Shown piece by piece: positions 1 to 12,807 of a stretch of 64,000 nucleotides of DNA (positions within the stretch are counted from its first letter, which is position 1; each line of letters begins with the position of its first letter). Source of the stretch: Octopus bimaculoides (taxonomy: Eukaryota); NCBI RefSeq assembly GCF_001194135.2, contig NC_068982.1, forward strand, positions 44,447,296-44,511,295, read 5' to 3'. The translations under genes were made by a program, and so were the position numbers. A model generated the notes under the pieces. That model was not told where the DNA came from and did not search any database. It saw only the letters and a program-made list of their open reading frames with translations.

Positions 1-71
1 CGCCAGGAATCGAACTCACGACCTTACGATCATGAACCGAATATCCTAACCACTAAACCACGCGTCATCAC
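1..71 (-). mobile_element. tRNA-derived SINE head (truncated by window edge)
   Basis: Reverse complement has A box TGGTTTAGTGG and B box GAGTTCGATTCC; same head as the SINE at 36125. Confidence 0.75.
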
Positions 72-367
72 ATCCATCAGGATGGCTGATAATATAAATA
101 TCAGTTTAGTAGCGAGGTAGATTTAATCGACATTCACAGCTCTCACCTTGTGCTTGTGTTTCAAATAAATGTTATAATCAACGCCGATGTTGACGTTAAC
201 TCTAACGTTATATGCAATATTATAAACGAACTGAAAGGCAATATCGAGGTAGAAACGGATTAAATGCATCGCGGTATTTCGTTATGTTCCTTATGTTCTA
301 AATGTTAAAAATAAAAGCATTCGAATCAACTTTACCATTTATCCTTTTTTTTATATATATATTTTAT

Positions 368-730
368 TTGTTTCAGTCTTTCGATTGCGACCATGCTGGT
401 GCACTGTCTTGAAGAATTTTTTAATCGAACAAAATTTCCCCAGTACTTATTGTTTTTAAAGCTTGTTAGTTTCTTTTTGCTGCACCGCTACTTCACGGGG
501 ACGTAAACAGACCAATATCGGTTGTCAAGCGTTGAAGGGGGAACAATCGCAAACACAGAAACGCAACAATGGGCATCTACACAAATTCCCTCAACCTAAT
601 CCACTCACAAAGCTTTCGTCGATCTGGGCCATAGTAGAAAACACTTGCCTAAGGTGCCTCGCAGTGAAACTGAATTCGAAGCACATGGTTGAGAAGCAAA
701 CTTCTTACCAAAAGCTACGCCTGCGCCTAT
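368..730 (-). mobile_element. tRNA-derived SINE family B, diverged full-length copy
   Basis: Aligns by eye with copies at 26355-26778 and 61840-62280 (ATAGGCGCAGG head, CAAGTGTTTTCTACTAT body, CCAGCATGG...CTGAAACAA tail). Confidence 0.85.
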
Positions 731-3124
731 GAACCATGCCTGTGGATATCCTCTGCAGATTCAGAAAATACAAACCAGTCATATACTGTCGGTCAATGTA
801 AGGAATTGCATTTTCCCAGTTTTGAAACTTTTGACATATGTAACCTTGGGTCAAAGTTAGAAATCAATTTATTGAAATCAGTTATAGGCTGCAGAAAATG
901 TCATAGCGATTTCGCGTCTTTGTTGAAGAAATTTTATGGCGAAAACATGAACTCCACATCAGTTCTTTTCCTCATCCATCAAACTTAGGCGCTAAATTCT
1001 TTCTGATATTCTTCTAAACCCTTCTGAACTTGGCTTTGCCTTTCACACTCCGAGGTATTTGTAATGGATTGGCGTTATTTTAACTGCTATCATTTACATT
1101 TAATTAATGAGGTAATGAAGGAATCTCTAAGATAGTCATGAGCAAACTGCAGTTCGCAAGACCTTCTCAATGGCACGCTAACAAACAATTACCTTCAATG
1201 TTCTTAGGAGTGCGGCCCGCTTGATGATGAGTCATATCATGCAGCCCACTTCTGGAATAAAGTGCCCCCTGCCGGCATCTAGAAGGTTGATCGACTCGTT
1301 AAAATAGAACACAATTCTCTTTAAATCACAGCGCAAACTAGTAACTAAAGCAAAAATATAGGCATATATAGTATGTATTGAACACATTCTTTATATTAAT
1401 GGTGCATATTGGTTCCAGTAAAATAAGACACAAAGTATATCCTGGCAGGATTTGATCTCAAAACCTCAAGGAGTGAATTGACACAGGGCTACAAATAAGT
1501 TAAGCACAAGCATACACAGTTTGCATTAAGCTGACATGTTATATTGCAGATGTTTATCTTATTGATTCATGTGATGTAAAAGATAAACCGGAGTCACGTA
1601 GGATTTGAACTCAAAAAAAAAACAGGAAAGGAGTTAAGTTTAACACTCTAGCACTCCTCACCTTTCGGAAATTATCATATTGAATAAAATATCAATTGTT
1701 CAGACTCTACATTGGATTATTCAACTGATCATAATCCAATTGATTTTGTTCCACTATCAACGTGTTACATTTTCCTTCGCCGTCAACATCGTCATTGATG
1801 TCTTTACGGCTACTGCTGCTTTTGTCGTTATTTTTGTAGTCGTTGTTTTTAATGTTGTTGTTGTAAGTTAATTAATTCTACAGTCCCGTTTATTGCTTCC
1901 GACTGAACTTCCTTCATCCTTTATTTCCTAAATTTCCTCTAATAAGCGTCACAGAAGCAGTATTAAATTTCAGTTATTTGCACAATTTTAGTTAATTTCG
2001 CTTTATAATTTGAATAAACAAACACAGAATTAAAAAGAAAAGTGGAGAAATATTTGTTTCTGACGCATGAAAGAACTCATAAAATGCTCGAGTTACTAAT
2101 TTGCACAGCATATATATATACATATATAATATANNNNNNNNNNNNNNNNNNNNNNNNNNNNNNNNNNNNNNNNNNNNNNNNNNNNNNNNNNNNNNNNNNN
2201 NNNNNNNNNNNNNNNNNNNNNNNNNNNNNNNNNNNNNNNNNNNNNNNNNNNNNNNNNNNNNNNNNNNNNNNNNNNNNNNNNNNNNNNNNNNNNNNNNNNN
2301 NNNNNNNNNNNNNNNNNNNNNNNNNNNNNNNNNNNNNNNNNNNNNNNNNNNNNNNNNNNNNNNNNNNNNNNNNNNNNNNNNNNNNNNNNNNNNNNNNNNN
2401 NNNNNNNNNNNNNNNNNNNNNNNNNNNNNNNNNNNNNNNNNNNNNNNNNNNNNNNNNNNNNNNNNNNNNNNNNNNNNNNNNNNNNNNNNNNNNNNNNNNN
2501 NNNNNNNNNNNNNNNNNNNNNNNNNNNNNNNNNNNNNNNNNNNNNNNNNNNNNNNNNNNNNNNNNNNNNNNNNNNNNNNNNNNNNNNNNNNNNNNNNNNN
2601 NNNNNNNNNNNNNNNNNNNNNNNNNNNNNNNNNNNNNNNNNNNNNNNNNNNNNNNNNNNNNNNNNNNNNNNNNNNNNNNNNNNNNNNNNNNNNNNNNNNN
2701 NNNNNNNNNNNNNNNNNNNNNNNNNNNNNNNNNNNNNNNNNNNNNNNNNNNNNNNNNNNNNNNNNNNNNNNNNNNNNNNNNNNNNNNNNNNNNNNNNNNN
2801 NNNNNNNNNNNNNNNNNNNNNNNNNNNNNNNNNNNNNNGGTATTTAGGTTTTCGTAGATCCCAAAAGGACCCATGTAGCATCGCAGAAGGCGGTTTCTCT
2901 TTAAAATTCCTCTCGTCACGTGGGATTTTCAGTAGCTGCTGTCTGAAACTTCTAGTGTGGTCCTCACCAAAGGTAGGTTGGCTATTGACTTTTAGAGGAT
3001 TCATTCAATACCCAGCCCGCTTTTTATCTCTTTATCATTTTATATTACGTACTCCGTCAAACATGCGTTCTTTGTCCTCCCAACGGTAAAATTGTGGAGT
3101 ATGTCTGGTGTTATTTTAGCACGT

Positions 3125-3345
3125 AAAATGGCGACGAGCTTATAGAATCGTTAGTAGAATGGACAAAAGGTGACATTTTTTCAGGCTTTGCGTTCTGAGC
3201 TCAAATTCGGCCGTGGTCAACTTTTCTTTTCATCCTTTCGGAATCGATAAAATAAAGTGCCATTTGAGTTCTAGGATCGATGTAATCAGCTAGTCTCCTT
3301 CCTCCAAAATTCCAGCCCTTGTGCCAATAGTAGAAAGAACTATTA
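3125..3345 (+). mobile_element. SINE family A (~210 bp, GTTCAAATTCC B box, CCTTTCATCCTTTCGGGGTCGATAAAATAAGTACCAG core)
   Basis: Matches the many other family A copies in the window. Confidence 0.85.
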
Positions 3346-3349
3346 TAGC

Positions 3350-3535
3350 ATGTAAGATTAAATAAACTTAAACGATGTGAATTTTACGTTCTAAGTTCAA
3401 ATTCCGCTGAAGTTGACTTTGCCTTTCATCCTTTCAGGGTCGATAAAATAAGTACCAGTTGAGCATTGGGTCGATGTAGTAGACTTATCCTATCCCACGA
3501 ACATGCGGGCCCTGTGCCAAAATTTAAAACCAATA
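3350..3535 (+). mobile_element. SINE family A, 5'-truncated
   Basis: GTTCAAATTCCGCTGAAGTTGACTTTGCCTTTCATCCTTTCAGGGTCGATAAAATAAGTACCAG. Confidence 0.85.
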
Positions 3536-3548
3536 TATAAAATGAATT

Positions 3549-3763
3549 AAGGCGGTGAGGTGTCAGAGTTGTTAGCAAGCCGGGCAAAATGCATAGCGGC
3601 ATTTTGTCTGTTTCCATGTTCTGAGCTCAAATTCCGCCGAGGCTGACTTTGCCTTTCATCATTTCGGGGTCGATAAAATAAGTACCAGTTGAGTACTGGG
3701 GTCGATGTAATCGACTTAACCCTACCCCCGGAATTACTGGCCTTGAGACAAAATTCGAAACCA
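3549..3763 (+). mobile_element. SINE family A, full length
   Basis: AAGGCGGTGAG head through tail; degenerate TSD starting AATATATAAA on both sides. Confidence 0.9.
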
Positions 3764-3805
3764 ATATATAAAGTAAATGTGCGTTTATAAAAAGGTACAC
3801 ACGCA

Positions 3806-3836
<31 letters not shown>

Positions 3837-4101
3837 GTGTATACACGCAGTTGCAGGCAAAAGTTATGCACCTAAGTAACTTAAATTTTGCATAGGTACA
3901 TATTTTTTCAAGAAGATCTTAATATGGTTTTTTTTTGTTTTTTTTTTTGCTATTTGTTCTGTTTTTAGCTCCTGACAACAAATATTAGAATATTTCATAC
4001 CCCGAAGCACTGTAAAAGATATCGGAAAAAAGTCTGAAATCTGAAAACGTTTTATCGCGCGCACAAGAAATTAATGACAGAATAAATAAAACATGTATAC
4101 A

Positions 4102-4132
<31 letters not shown>

Positions 4133-4520
4133 ATGTGGGTGTTGATGCGAGTGTGTGTAAGCGCGTGTGATCCCTAAGTGTGTGTATATGTGAGTGCTTC
4201 AGTGTGTGTGAGTGAGTACATGAGTGTGCGTTCGGAAACTGGAAAACAGGATGAAAAGGTAAAACATAAGTGTGTGCGTGAGGAGGGAGTCTAGATGTTG
4301 GAGATAAGGAACGTAATTAAAATGATGTTAAGAACGAAGCATGCACTGTAACGGAGAGAGTGGTTAAGTGTGAGAGCGGAAAAAACACAAAGTGAGAGAG
4401 AGAGAAATGAAACAAACAAATAAACAAAGATGAGATATATAGAAACCCTTGTTGGAAAGATGTCGTAAACAGATGACACCGTGTCACGTGACCAACAGAG
4501 AAAAAGGAGAAAAAACATTT

Positions 4521-5070
4521 TATTTACATATTACTGATATTTGTTCTCATCTTGTTTGTTGTTAACACAACGATTTGGCTGATATACCCTCCAACCTTCA
4601 TCAGTTGCCTTGGGGAAATTTCGAAGCTAGGTTCTCATTTCTAAGGTATTTTTCGGACTCGGAATCTTGGGGTTAGTAGCCCGCGATCTTAACCACTACT
4701 CCATATGCCTCTGGGCAACTATGGAGTGAATTTTAGGGCTTATAAATCTAATATTTTCCTACCCTTCCTTAATACCGGTTCACATATGCTATTCATATCT
4801 GCATTCAGTCTGCTTAGGTGGTTGTTGTGTCCTAGCATATGTGCTGTTTCTTTTAGCTTTCGTATTTTCCAGTGGTGTTCTCTATCTATTATTTTAACTT
4901 CATCCCACATGGGGAGGTGGTCTCCATTTTTCCATACATGATCAGCTATACCCGATTTATCAATATCTCCTCGTGTCACAACTTTGCGATGTTCGTCTAC
5001 CCTTATTTTGAGGGGGTGGTATGTTTTACCCTTTGTATAACCTACCACAGCTGCATAGGATGGAGTACAC
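4521..5070 (-). mobile_element. Penelope-like element, 5'-truncated (GIY-YIG C-terminus, tRNA-like segment, pLTR with decayed hammerhead)
   Basis: Minus translation VYSILCSCGRLYKGKTYHPLKIRVDEHRK...IADHVWKNGDHLPMWDEVKIIDREHHWKIRKLKE; near-identical to the copy at 13030-14170. Confidence 0.9.
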
Positions 5071-5164
5071 GGCCAATGGAAGGTATTAACTCTTTGTGTG
5101 TATCACAAGTAATACACTGGTCTTATTTCTCTATTATCCATGCATTATCTACGATGTACATTCC

Positions 5165-5310
5165 CAAAAAGAGACCGATAGAATAAGTACTAGGCTTACA
5201 AAGAATAAGTCCTGGGGTCGATTTGCTCGACTAAAGGCTGTGCTCCAGCATGGTCGCAGTCAAATGACTGAAACAAGTAAAAGAGAGAGTAAAGAGTAAA
5301 GAGTAAAGAG
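5165..5310 (+). mobile_element. SINE family B 3' part with (GAGTAAA)n tail
   Basis: GAATAAGTACTAGGC...CCTGGGGTCGATTTGCTCGACTAAAGG...GACTGAAACAAGTAAAAG. Confidence 0.9.
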
Positions 5311-5608
5311 TAATGTGAGACTTATGAAAAGAAAGCTTCATATTACTCAGAACGTATGAAACAAGCGCTAACTAAAAGCCTAGAAATGAGCATGGACGTT
5401 TAGGACAAACTCATGAAAACACTTTGGACACATACATCGGTCTGTGAAGTACTAAATTACTTTCATTAAAATCCAACGACTACGTTGGTCTTCCAGACTG
5501 AACATCTGAATCAGTCATCGCCGTAATCGACGAAGTTTCCATTTATGTTTTTAATGTATCTATGCATTTGTGTTATTGCGAGCATGCATGTGCGTGCGTG
5601 TATGTGTG

Positions 5609-5704
<96 letters not shown>

Positions 5705-6224
5705 TGTGTGTTCGTGTGTGTTTGTGTGGTGCGCGATGGTATTAAACAGAAAGTGAACTCTAATGTTAGTCTTATGATCCACAACTAACTTAAAGTTATA
5801 ATTAATAATGATTTTACCTTCTTTATAATACATTAAACACAGATGCTAGAATTTATTGGAACTTAAATGAAATCTTTGAAAATGTATAAACTCATCCATC
5901 GAGTCGAAGGTCACTCTCTACACATTGACAGAATTTCGTACATGAATTAGTTCAGACGCAGCTCAACCATCTGTAAAATATTTTCAGCTGACTGCATTAT
6001 AGGATTTGATGGAGTATGGAATGTGGATGGACCTGATAGGAGCATTGACTTCGACTTTCAGTCTCAGACGATTCAAAGCTGAAGCATATTTGTAGGATAT
6101 TAATAGTTAGCATACACAAGAGTACGATATAACTATTTAACCAATTTGTATAATTAGAAAGACTATTGAGCCTAAGTCGAAGAAATTACGATACAGTAAT
6201 AAGTGCTTCTAATACATACGGACA

Positions 6225-6400
6225 CAAGACTAAAAACTTGACGAAGGGTTAAATCGATTAAATCATCCCCAGTACTTGACTAGTGTTATATATTTATCGA
6301 CCCTTAGGAAAGAGAGGTGAAAGGCAAATATGACGTGTGATTTGAACTCGGGACGGACAAATTCGGAAAAAAATACTACAGGGAAGCTTGTTCAACGCTC
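6225..6400 (-). mobile_element. SINE family A, diverged
   Basis: TCGACCC...GAAAGGCAAA...TTTGAACTC pattern. Confidence 0.65.
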
Positions 6401-6454
6401 TATTTTTCCAATCAACCCCTCCTTTTTCTAATAAAGTAATAATTTCTTAGTATA

Positions 6455-6579
6455 TAAGGGGGTGCTGAAAAGTTCCTGACTTCGATAAAAGAAAATACAG
6501 GAGGATCAGTTATGATTTAATTCAACATCTCAGATACACACACTTATTGCTACGGTCATTCAGGCTTTGTAAGCCCTGT
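6455..6579 (+). mobile_element. Left half of a mariner-type MITE or transposon end
   Basis: TA followed by AGGGGGTGCTGAAAAGTTCCTG, resembling mariner TIRs (TA-CGAGGGG with CpG decay); no right TIR seen before the gap. Confidence 0.55.
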
Positions 6580-6851
6580 GATGCCCTTAGATGTCCGGGG
6601 GTCGCACGCGTGCTACACTGGAGGTATCAGTGGGCGCGGTCTCTCCCAGCCCGAGAAGGTCGGGAAACCTCTGAACCACCTCCCGTGATAGGGATCGGGG
6701 CCTAGAATCAACCCCGTGAACGAGGAATTCCCGGTAGGCGCGGGTCATCAGCCCGCATCGATCACGTCCCTGCCCTTTGTACACACGGCCCGTCGCTTAC
6801 GACTGATCGACCCACGAGTCCGCTTACGCGCGGCGGCGGCATTACGCGACG
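6576..6851 (+). rRNA. 18S rRNA: Eukaryotic 18S rRNA 3'-region fragment (dispersed pseudogene or assembly chimera)
   Basis: Conserved SSU motifs CTGTGATGCCCTTAGATGT, GCACGCGTGCTACACTG, GAACGAGGAATTCC, ACGTCCCTGCCCTTTGTACACAC and GCCCGTCGCT; ends at a 10-N gap. Confidence 0.92.
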
Positions 6852-7027
6852 NNNNNNNNNNGAAAGTGATGAAAGCAATCCGTGTGATATCAAGGTCAAT
6901 GTAATTAATAAATTTATAGGTAAAAAGATTAGCTTGTATCGGCTACTTTAAATAACATATCTTGTAGTTTTCTGTTTCAGTTTATTTTAGCGTGTCGGAA
7001 GTGAAAGTGGAAGAAATTGTAAATATT

Positions 7028-7250
7028 GGTTTCAAATTTTGGCACAATGCTAGCAATTTCATGAGAGAAGGGTTAAGTTGATTACATCGATCCCAGTGTT
7101 CAACTGGTACTTATTTTATCAACCCCAGGAAGGATGAAAAGCAAAGTTGACGACCTCGGTGGAATTAGAACCCAAAACGTAAAGACGAACGAAATGTCGC
7201 TAAGCAGTTTTTCCCAGTGTGCTAACGATTCTGCCAACTCGTCGCCTTAC
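7028..7250 (-). mobile_element. SINE family A, full length
   Basis: Reverse complement of the family A consensus, ending in CTCGTCGCCTT. Confidence 0.9.
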
Positions 7251-7268
7251 CTTGTAGGACAAAATATT

Positions 7269-7688
7269 CTTTTCTACTCTAGGCACAAGGCCCGAAATTG
7301 TTTGGGGGAAGGGGGCCAGTCGGTTAGATCGACCCCAGTACGCAACATCCGAAAGGATGAAAGGCAAAGTCGACCTCGGCGGAATTTGAACTCAGAACGT
7401 AAAGACAGACGAAATACCGCTAAGCATATCGACCGGCGTACTAACGTTTCTTATTTCTTTATTGCCTACAAAGGGGCCAAACATAGAGGGGACAAACAAG
7501 GACAGACAAGGAGATTAAGTCTATTACATCGACCCCAGTGCGTAACTGGTACTTAATTTATCGACCCCGAAAGGATGAATGGCTAAGTCGACCTCGGCCG
7601 AATTTGAACTCAGAACGTAGCGGCAGACGAAATACTGCGGAGCATTTCGCCCGGCGTGTTAACGATTCTTCCAGCTCTCCGCCTTCTC
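7269..7688 (-). mobile_element. Head-to-tail SINE family A dimer inserted as one unit
   Basis: Two A monomers joined by a linker; perfect 15-bp TSD GTAGGACAAAATATT at 7254-7268 and 7689-7703. Confidence 0.9.
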
Positions 7689-8084
7689 GTAGGACAAAAT
7701 ATTGAAAGACATAAGTGGGTTCAGTTCACAGTTGTTGTGGATTACCTCCAAACCAGCCATGGCGGAGAAAACTGATGATCAAAAACATTTGCTCTATGAT
7801 CATCCTGTTTAATCACAAGTATGTGTTAGACCACATTTTCGAATATGTTCTTACCTTTCCCAAGTCTGATGACTACTTGACTGCTATTTCTAGCAGATCG
7901 AGCGAACTATAAGGGCTCTCTCGTTTTGTTAAGTTAATAGTAGAAGCAACAGATAACCCAGAATTTAAACTGTTTTACGCCAAATAGAACAACAAAAGAG
8001 AGGCTAAAAACAGTGGTCTTGAAATTACATAGTATTTAATTCGATGATCTACCACCTCGTCCTTCTCCACCACTTCTACACCAG

Positions 8085-8290
8085 GAAAATTGGCACAAGT
8101 CCATAAACTAGGTAAAAAGGGGACAATCGATTATATCGACCACAGTGTCTTAATAGTACATTTTTAAAATCCAATCTGGAAGGATGAAAGGCAAAATTGA
8201 TTTCGGCATGATCTGAACTCAGAACGCAAAGAGCCAAAACAAATACTACAAGGTATTTTATCTGACACTCAAACGATTCTGCCAATCACA
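8085..8290 (-). mobile_element. SINE family A
   Basis: GGATGAAAGGCAAAATTGA...TGAACTCAGAACG...AACGATTCTGCCA. Confidence 0.8.
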
Positions 8291-9024
8291 AAAGAATATA
8301 GGAAATTCAATTATTGTAGCTTGGATCAAGATCAATATTTGGTATTGAAGATGTATGGTCGATTGAATCTATCCATGTATTCACCTAGTAGTCATTTTAT
8401 CAACTCTGAAGTGAGAGTTAGGATCTGTTAGAATGTAGAGTAATGAGACTAACTATTGTAACGTATCTATTCAGCTCTTCTTAAGTGTCAATCAACTCCA
8501 CTGATAAATTGATAATATTATTGAAAGTATAGAAAATGTTATGCCAAAAATAGTGGAGATTATTGAACTGTAACCGATAACAGGAGATATTATTAATGAT
8601 TGTGGTAAGAGGTTCTCGTAATGTTACTAATGCTTTATATATTTCGTTCAAAAAACTATGTGAGATACTTTATAAGTAGTTTTTTCACTGTGAATTTTAC
8701 TGGAAATATAATCGATCTAGTCTAACTGTAACTGTAATATGTAAATGAGTTGAATAGGTCTCCAGTGTCTAATTCGGCATGACACTTCGATGCGTTGAAA
8801 AACGGCCTAAAACATTAAATATATTTCGTTATATATATATATATATATATTTAACTTCTGCGTGAGTTTAGATTCTAAGAATGTAGAAAAAAATTAAATA
8901 CGAATAAATTTATTCTGAAAGTTAATACTTGTTTCATTTTGGAGATATGGCTTTAGCTTTATAACCGGTGAAATCATCTCGAAAAAACCCAAATAACATG
9001 CTCCACTAAGAGTAAAAAAAATGA

Positions 9025-9185
9025 TTAGCACAAAGGCATCAATTTTCACATAGAAAGCAAGTTGATTACATCGAACCAGCAATATCGACCATGGCGGAAT
9101 TCAAAACCAGAAAGTAAAGAGTCGAATGAAATGTTGCTAAGCATTTTGTCCGACTCGCTAACTAGTCTACGAGTTCGCTACTTAA
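9025..9185 (-). mobile_element. SINE family A, internally deleted and diverged
   Basis: GATTACATCGAACCAG...GGCGGAATTCAAA...GCTAAGCATTTTG. Confidence 0.6.
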
Positions 9186-9869
9186 CTATTAATAAAAGCA
9201 AACTAATACTTGTTATTTTAACAATCTTTTTAGTAAATCTTAACATAACCCCCTTCTTGTTGGTAAGATCACAATTAATTAAAACCAATAATATATAAGT
9301 ATATTGGCGACCAGTGTATGAACATCAACATCTTATCATAACCAAGGAAATAAGTGAGAACGTACTTCAAACTTCGTCTTTTNNNNNNNNNNGGGGGGGG
9401 TTATGTAAACATTAATTACGTTGAATAATAAAAAAAAATTTCAGATGGGCAATGCAGTTAAACCCTTATCGAACCCGCAAAAATAAATGTGAATAAAAAT
9501 CGAACTAATTTGGAACATGTACTCGAAAACAAGTGTTGAAATTGGATATTTGAATATACTTTATTCTATACTTCCCTTTTTATGCCATCTCAGCCATAGT
9601 GAAAATATATTTATAGAACATGGCTATAGTTGATTAAACAAACTTAAGTATAGGGAGATTTATGTTTATAGGGAGATTTAAGCGCCCCCTAACCAAACTG
9701 ATAAATGCATGCATTTCGGAGTAGTTACCTCCTCTCAGTACCGACACTAGAAAGAGAAACGCTACGAACTGATAAGAAACAAATCTTATTATATTGCCCT
9801 CACCGTACTGCTTGCCTGCATATGGAACATGGAATAGAAGCGCTAAGCAGTGGTGTGTACAAATACAAA

Positions 9870-10727
9870 CTTGGTCGTTCTGATAAGAAAAGAACTCCTG
9901 AATTTGTTGGTGAGATCCAGACCATGATTGTCAATGATTCCTCTAAGTCAATCAGGTCCATCGTCAGGAATATAGGAGTGTTTGAGTTTCTTATCAAGCA
10001 GGTAGTGCATGAAGACATTCGGTATTCCTCATACAAGATGAGAAAGAGCCAATTTTTATCCCAAGTCATCAAAGACAAGAGGAAAGACCGTGCTACGGAG
10101 CATCAGAACAAACTCAAGCATCCTCTCCAACCGAACATGTTTTGGTTTTTCTCAGACGAGAAAAATTTCTGCCACAATCAGATGGTGAACACACAGAACA
10201 ACCGTTGGTTCGCCGTGTCCCCAAAACATGTACCGAGTGAGATAAAAATCAAACATCCAGTCAACATCATGGTGTCTGGAGTGATCACTAGTGATGGCGA
10301 CGTCATGGATCCGTTCATCTTCCCACACAGCTTTTGACTCAGCACGGAGACCTACATCAAGTGCCTGGAAGAGGTACTGTTGCCCTGGGCGAAGAGGGTG
10401 GCTGCTGGAAGAACCTATGTCTGGCAACAGGACTCTGCACCATGCCACACAGGCAGGAGAATCCAGTCATGGCTGTCAGACAATTTTTGCGACCACATCA
10501 CTTCTAACATCCGGCTACCTAACTCCCCAGACTGCAACCTCTTTGATTATGTGTGGTGCACAATTCAGCGAGAGACTAATACACCTTGAAACACCAAAGA
10601 TGAACGGAAGGCAAGAATTATGGCAGCATTCACCAACTTAAACAAGGAGACCGCCCAGAAGAGTTACAGGAGATTCCGAAGTCGCTTGGAGTCCGTGGTT
10701 GAAACCAATGTCGATTTTATTGAATAA
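9870..10727 (+). pseudogene. Tc1/mariner superfamily DD37D (maT-type) transposase pseudogene
   Basis: One frame with FSDEKNF, QQDSAPCH and NSPDCNLFDY; 37 residues between the second and third Asp. Two in-frame stops (10335, 10587), no frameshift, N-terminus missing. Confidence 0.9.
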
Positions 10728-10852
10728 ATTTACTTTTTAGTATTTCAAGATATTTCTTTGTAATTTTGATAAATATATCTGTTAAAATGAGATGTCAGTG
10801 TTATTTTCACTTTTGCGTAACTTAGACGACAATTCATTCATCGCACCCTGTA
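10728..10852 (+). mobile_element. Right end and TIR of the maT transposon
   Basis: Ends GACAATTCATTCATCGCACCCTG followed by TA (10851-10852), i.e. a CAGGGTG-type TIR with TA target; left TIR not found. Confidence 0.75.
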
Positions 10853-10870
10853 CACACACATACACACACA

Positions 10871-10909
<39 letters not shown>

Positions 10910-12099
10910 GAAGAGAGAGGAATTCACTGAAACAGCAGGTTTGATGTCTTGTTATGAATGGTTTTTCATTTAGCGACTAGAATCAAATATAACAGTTGTT
11001 TACAATTTCACTTATCATGTGTACTACTGTGGAAATGACATCTATATTTTGCATACTGTTTGGACAGCGGGGCATATCTTTTATTAGTTATCACCTTATG
11101 ATCACAAAGGTTTTGGTCACCACAACCAGAGGCCCACCTTTTATCTATTTATTGTTATCCATGCAATCAACACACCGAAAGAATAAAAGGAAGAATAAAA
11201 TGATACGGAAGATATACACATATATGCACAAACACTTGCAAACATACCCACTAACACACACACGCGCGCATATACACAGATGTATGTGTGCGTGAGTTGC
11301 AGTGCAATCCAAACATTGACTTTATTAACTATATATACATACATATATATATACATACATACATATATATATATATTTATATATATATATATATATATAT
11401 NNNNNNNNNNNNNNNNNNNNNNNNNNNNNNNNNNNNNNNNNNNNNNNNNNNNNNNNNNNNNNNNNNNNNNNNNNNNNNNNNNNNNNNNNNNNNNNNNNNN
11501 NNNNNNNNNNNNNNNNNNNNNNNNNNNNNNNNNNNNNNNNNNNNNNNNNNNNNNNNNNNNNNNNNNNNNNNNNNNNNNNNNNNNNNNNNNNNNNNNNNNN
11601 NNNNNNNNNNNNNNNNNNNNNNNNNNNNNNNNNNNNNNNNNNNNNNNNNNNNNNNNNNNNNNNNNNNNNNNNNNNNNNNNNNNNNNNNNNNNNNNNNNNN
11701 NNNNNNNNNNNNNNNNNNNNNNNNNNNNNNNNNNNNNNNNNNNNNNNNNNNNNNNNNNNNNNNNNNNNNNNNNNNNNNNNNNNNNNNNNNNNNNNNNNNN
11801 NNNNNNNNNNNNNNNNNNNNNNNNNNNNNNNNNNNNNNNNNNNNNNNNNNNNNNNNNNNNNNNNNNNNNNNNNNNNNNNNNNNNNNNNNNNNNNNNNNNN
11901 NNNNNNNNNNNNNNNNNNNNNNNNNNNNNNNNNNNNNNNNNNNNNNNNNNNNNNNNNNNNNNNNNNNNNNNNNNNNNNNNNNNNNNNNNNNNNNNNNNNN
12001 NNNNNNNNNNNNNNNNNNNNNNNNNNNNNNNNNNNNNNNNNNNNNNNNNNNNNNNNNNNNNNNNNNNNNNNNNNNNNNNNNNNNNNNNNNNNNNNNNNN

Positions 12100-12153
<54 letters not shown>

Positions 12154-12396
12154 CAGAAAAAATGCGATACATACAAACTGCAGTTAGCGGTGTACGTTTC
12201 CCTGTACACGCTGGTTACGTGCATCCTCTGCAGTGTGTATTCATAGTACAGTTAGATGCAAGTCCAAAACAGCTTATCTAAACTCATCGAAGTTTAGCTT
12301 CTAATCTAAGTTCCTCTGAAGAACAATATTACATTATGTTGACGCAACCAAGTGTGTATGTGTGTGTACATACATGTACATATCGTGCACGCACAC

Positions 12397-12449
<53 letters not shown>

Positions 12450-12807
12450 GGTATGTATGAGTATGTATATGTATGTATTATATATATTCCTGTATTCCTG
12501 TGAGGTACCTGTGTCCAGTACAGGTGGTTTGTGTGGTAGGGTTGGAGGAGAAGGGATATCTACAACACAGAATCCGGAAGACTGGTCTTATGAACCTACG
12601 ACCCAGGAAGGGCAACTCTATTTTCTGTCAGTACTCTACACTTAGTAGTCTTATGCATATAATTCTTTTTCTAGAACTGGATCTTGAAGTACATATAGAG
12701 CTATGTATCTACATCTCCTGTAAACATGACCACCTATCTAAAAGGGATTTCGAACCCAATATTTACATGATATTATTTGTTGGAAATAGCAGTCGAAAAC
12801 CGTACGA

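Noticed and set aside
6587-6904. ORFs of 65 and 62 aa
   Set aside because: They overlap the 18S rRNA fragment and a gap.
12185-12215. Hairpin GTGTAC...GTACAC as a Helitron 3' end
   Set aside because: No CTRR terminus at the expected distance.
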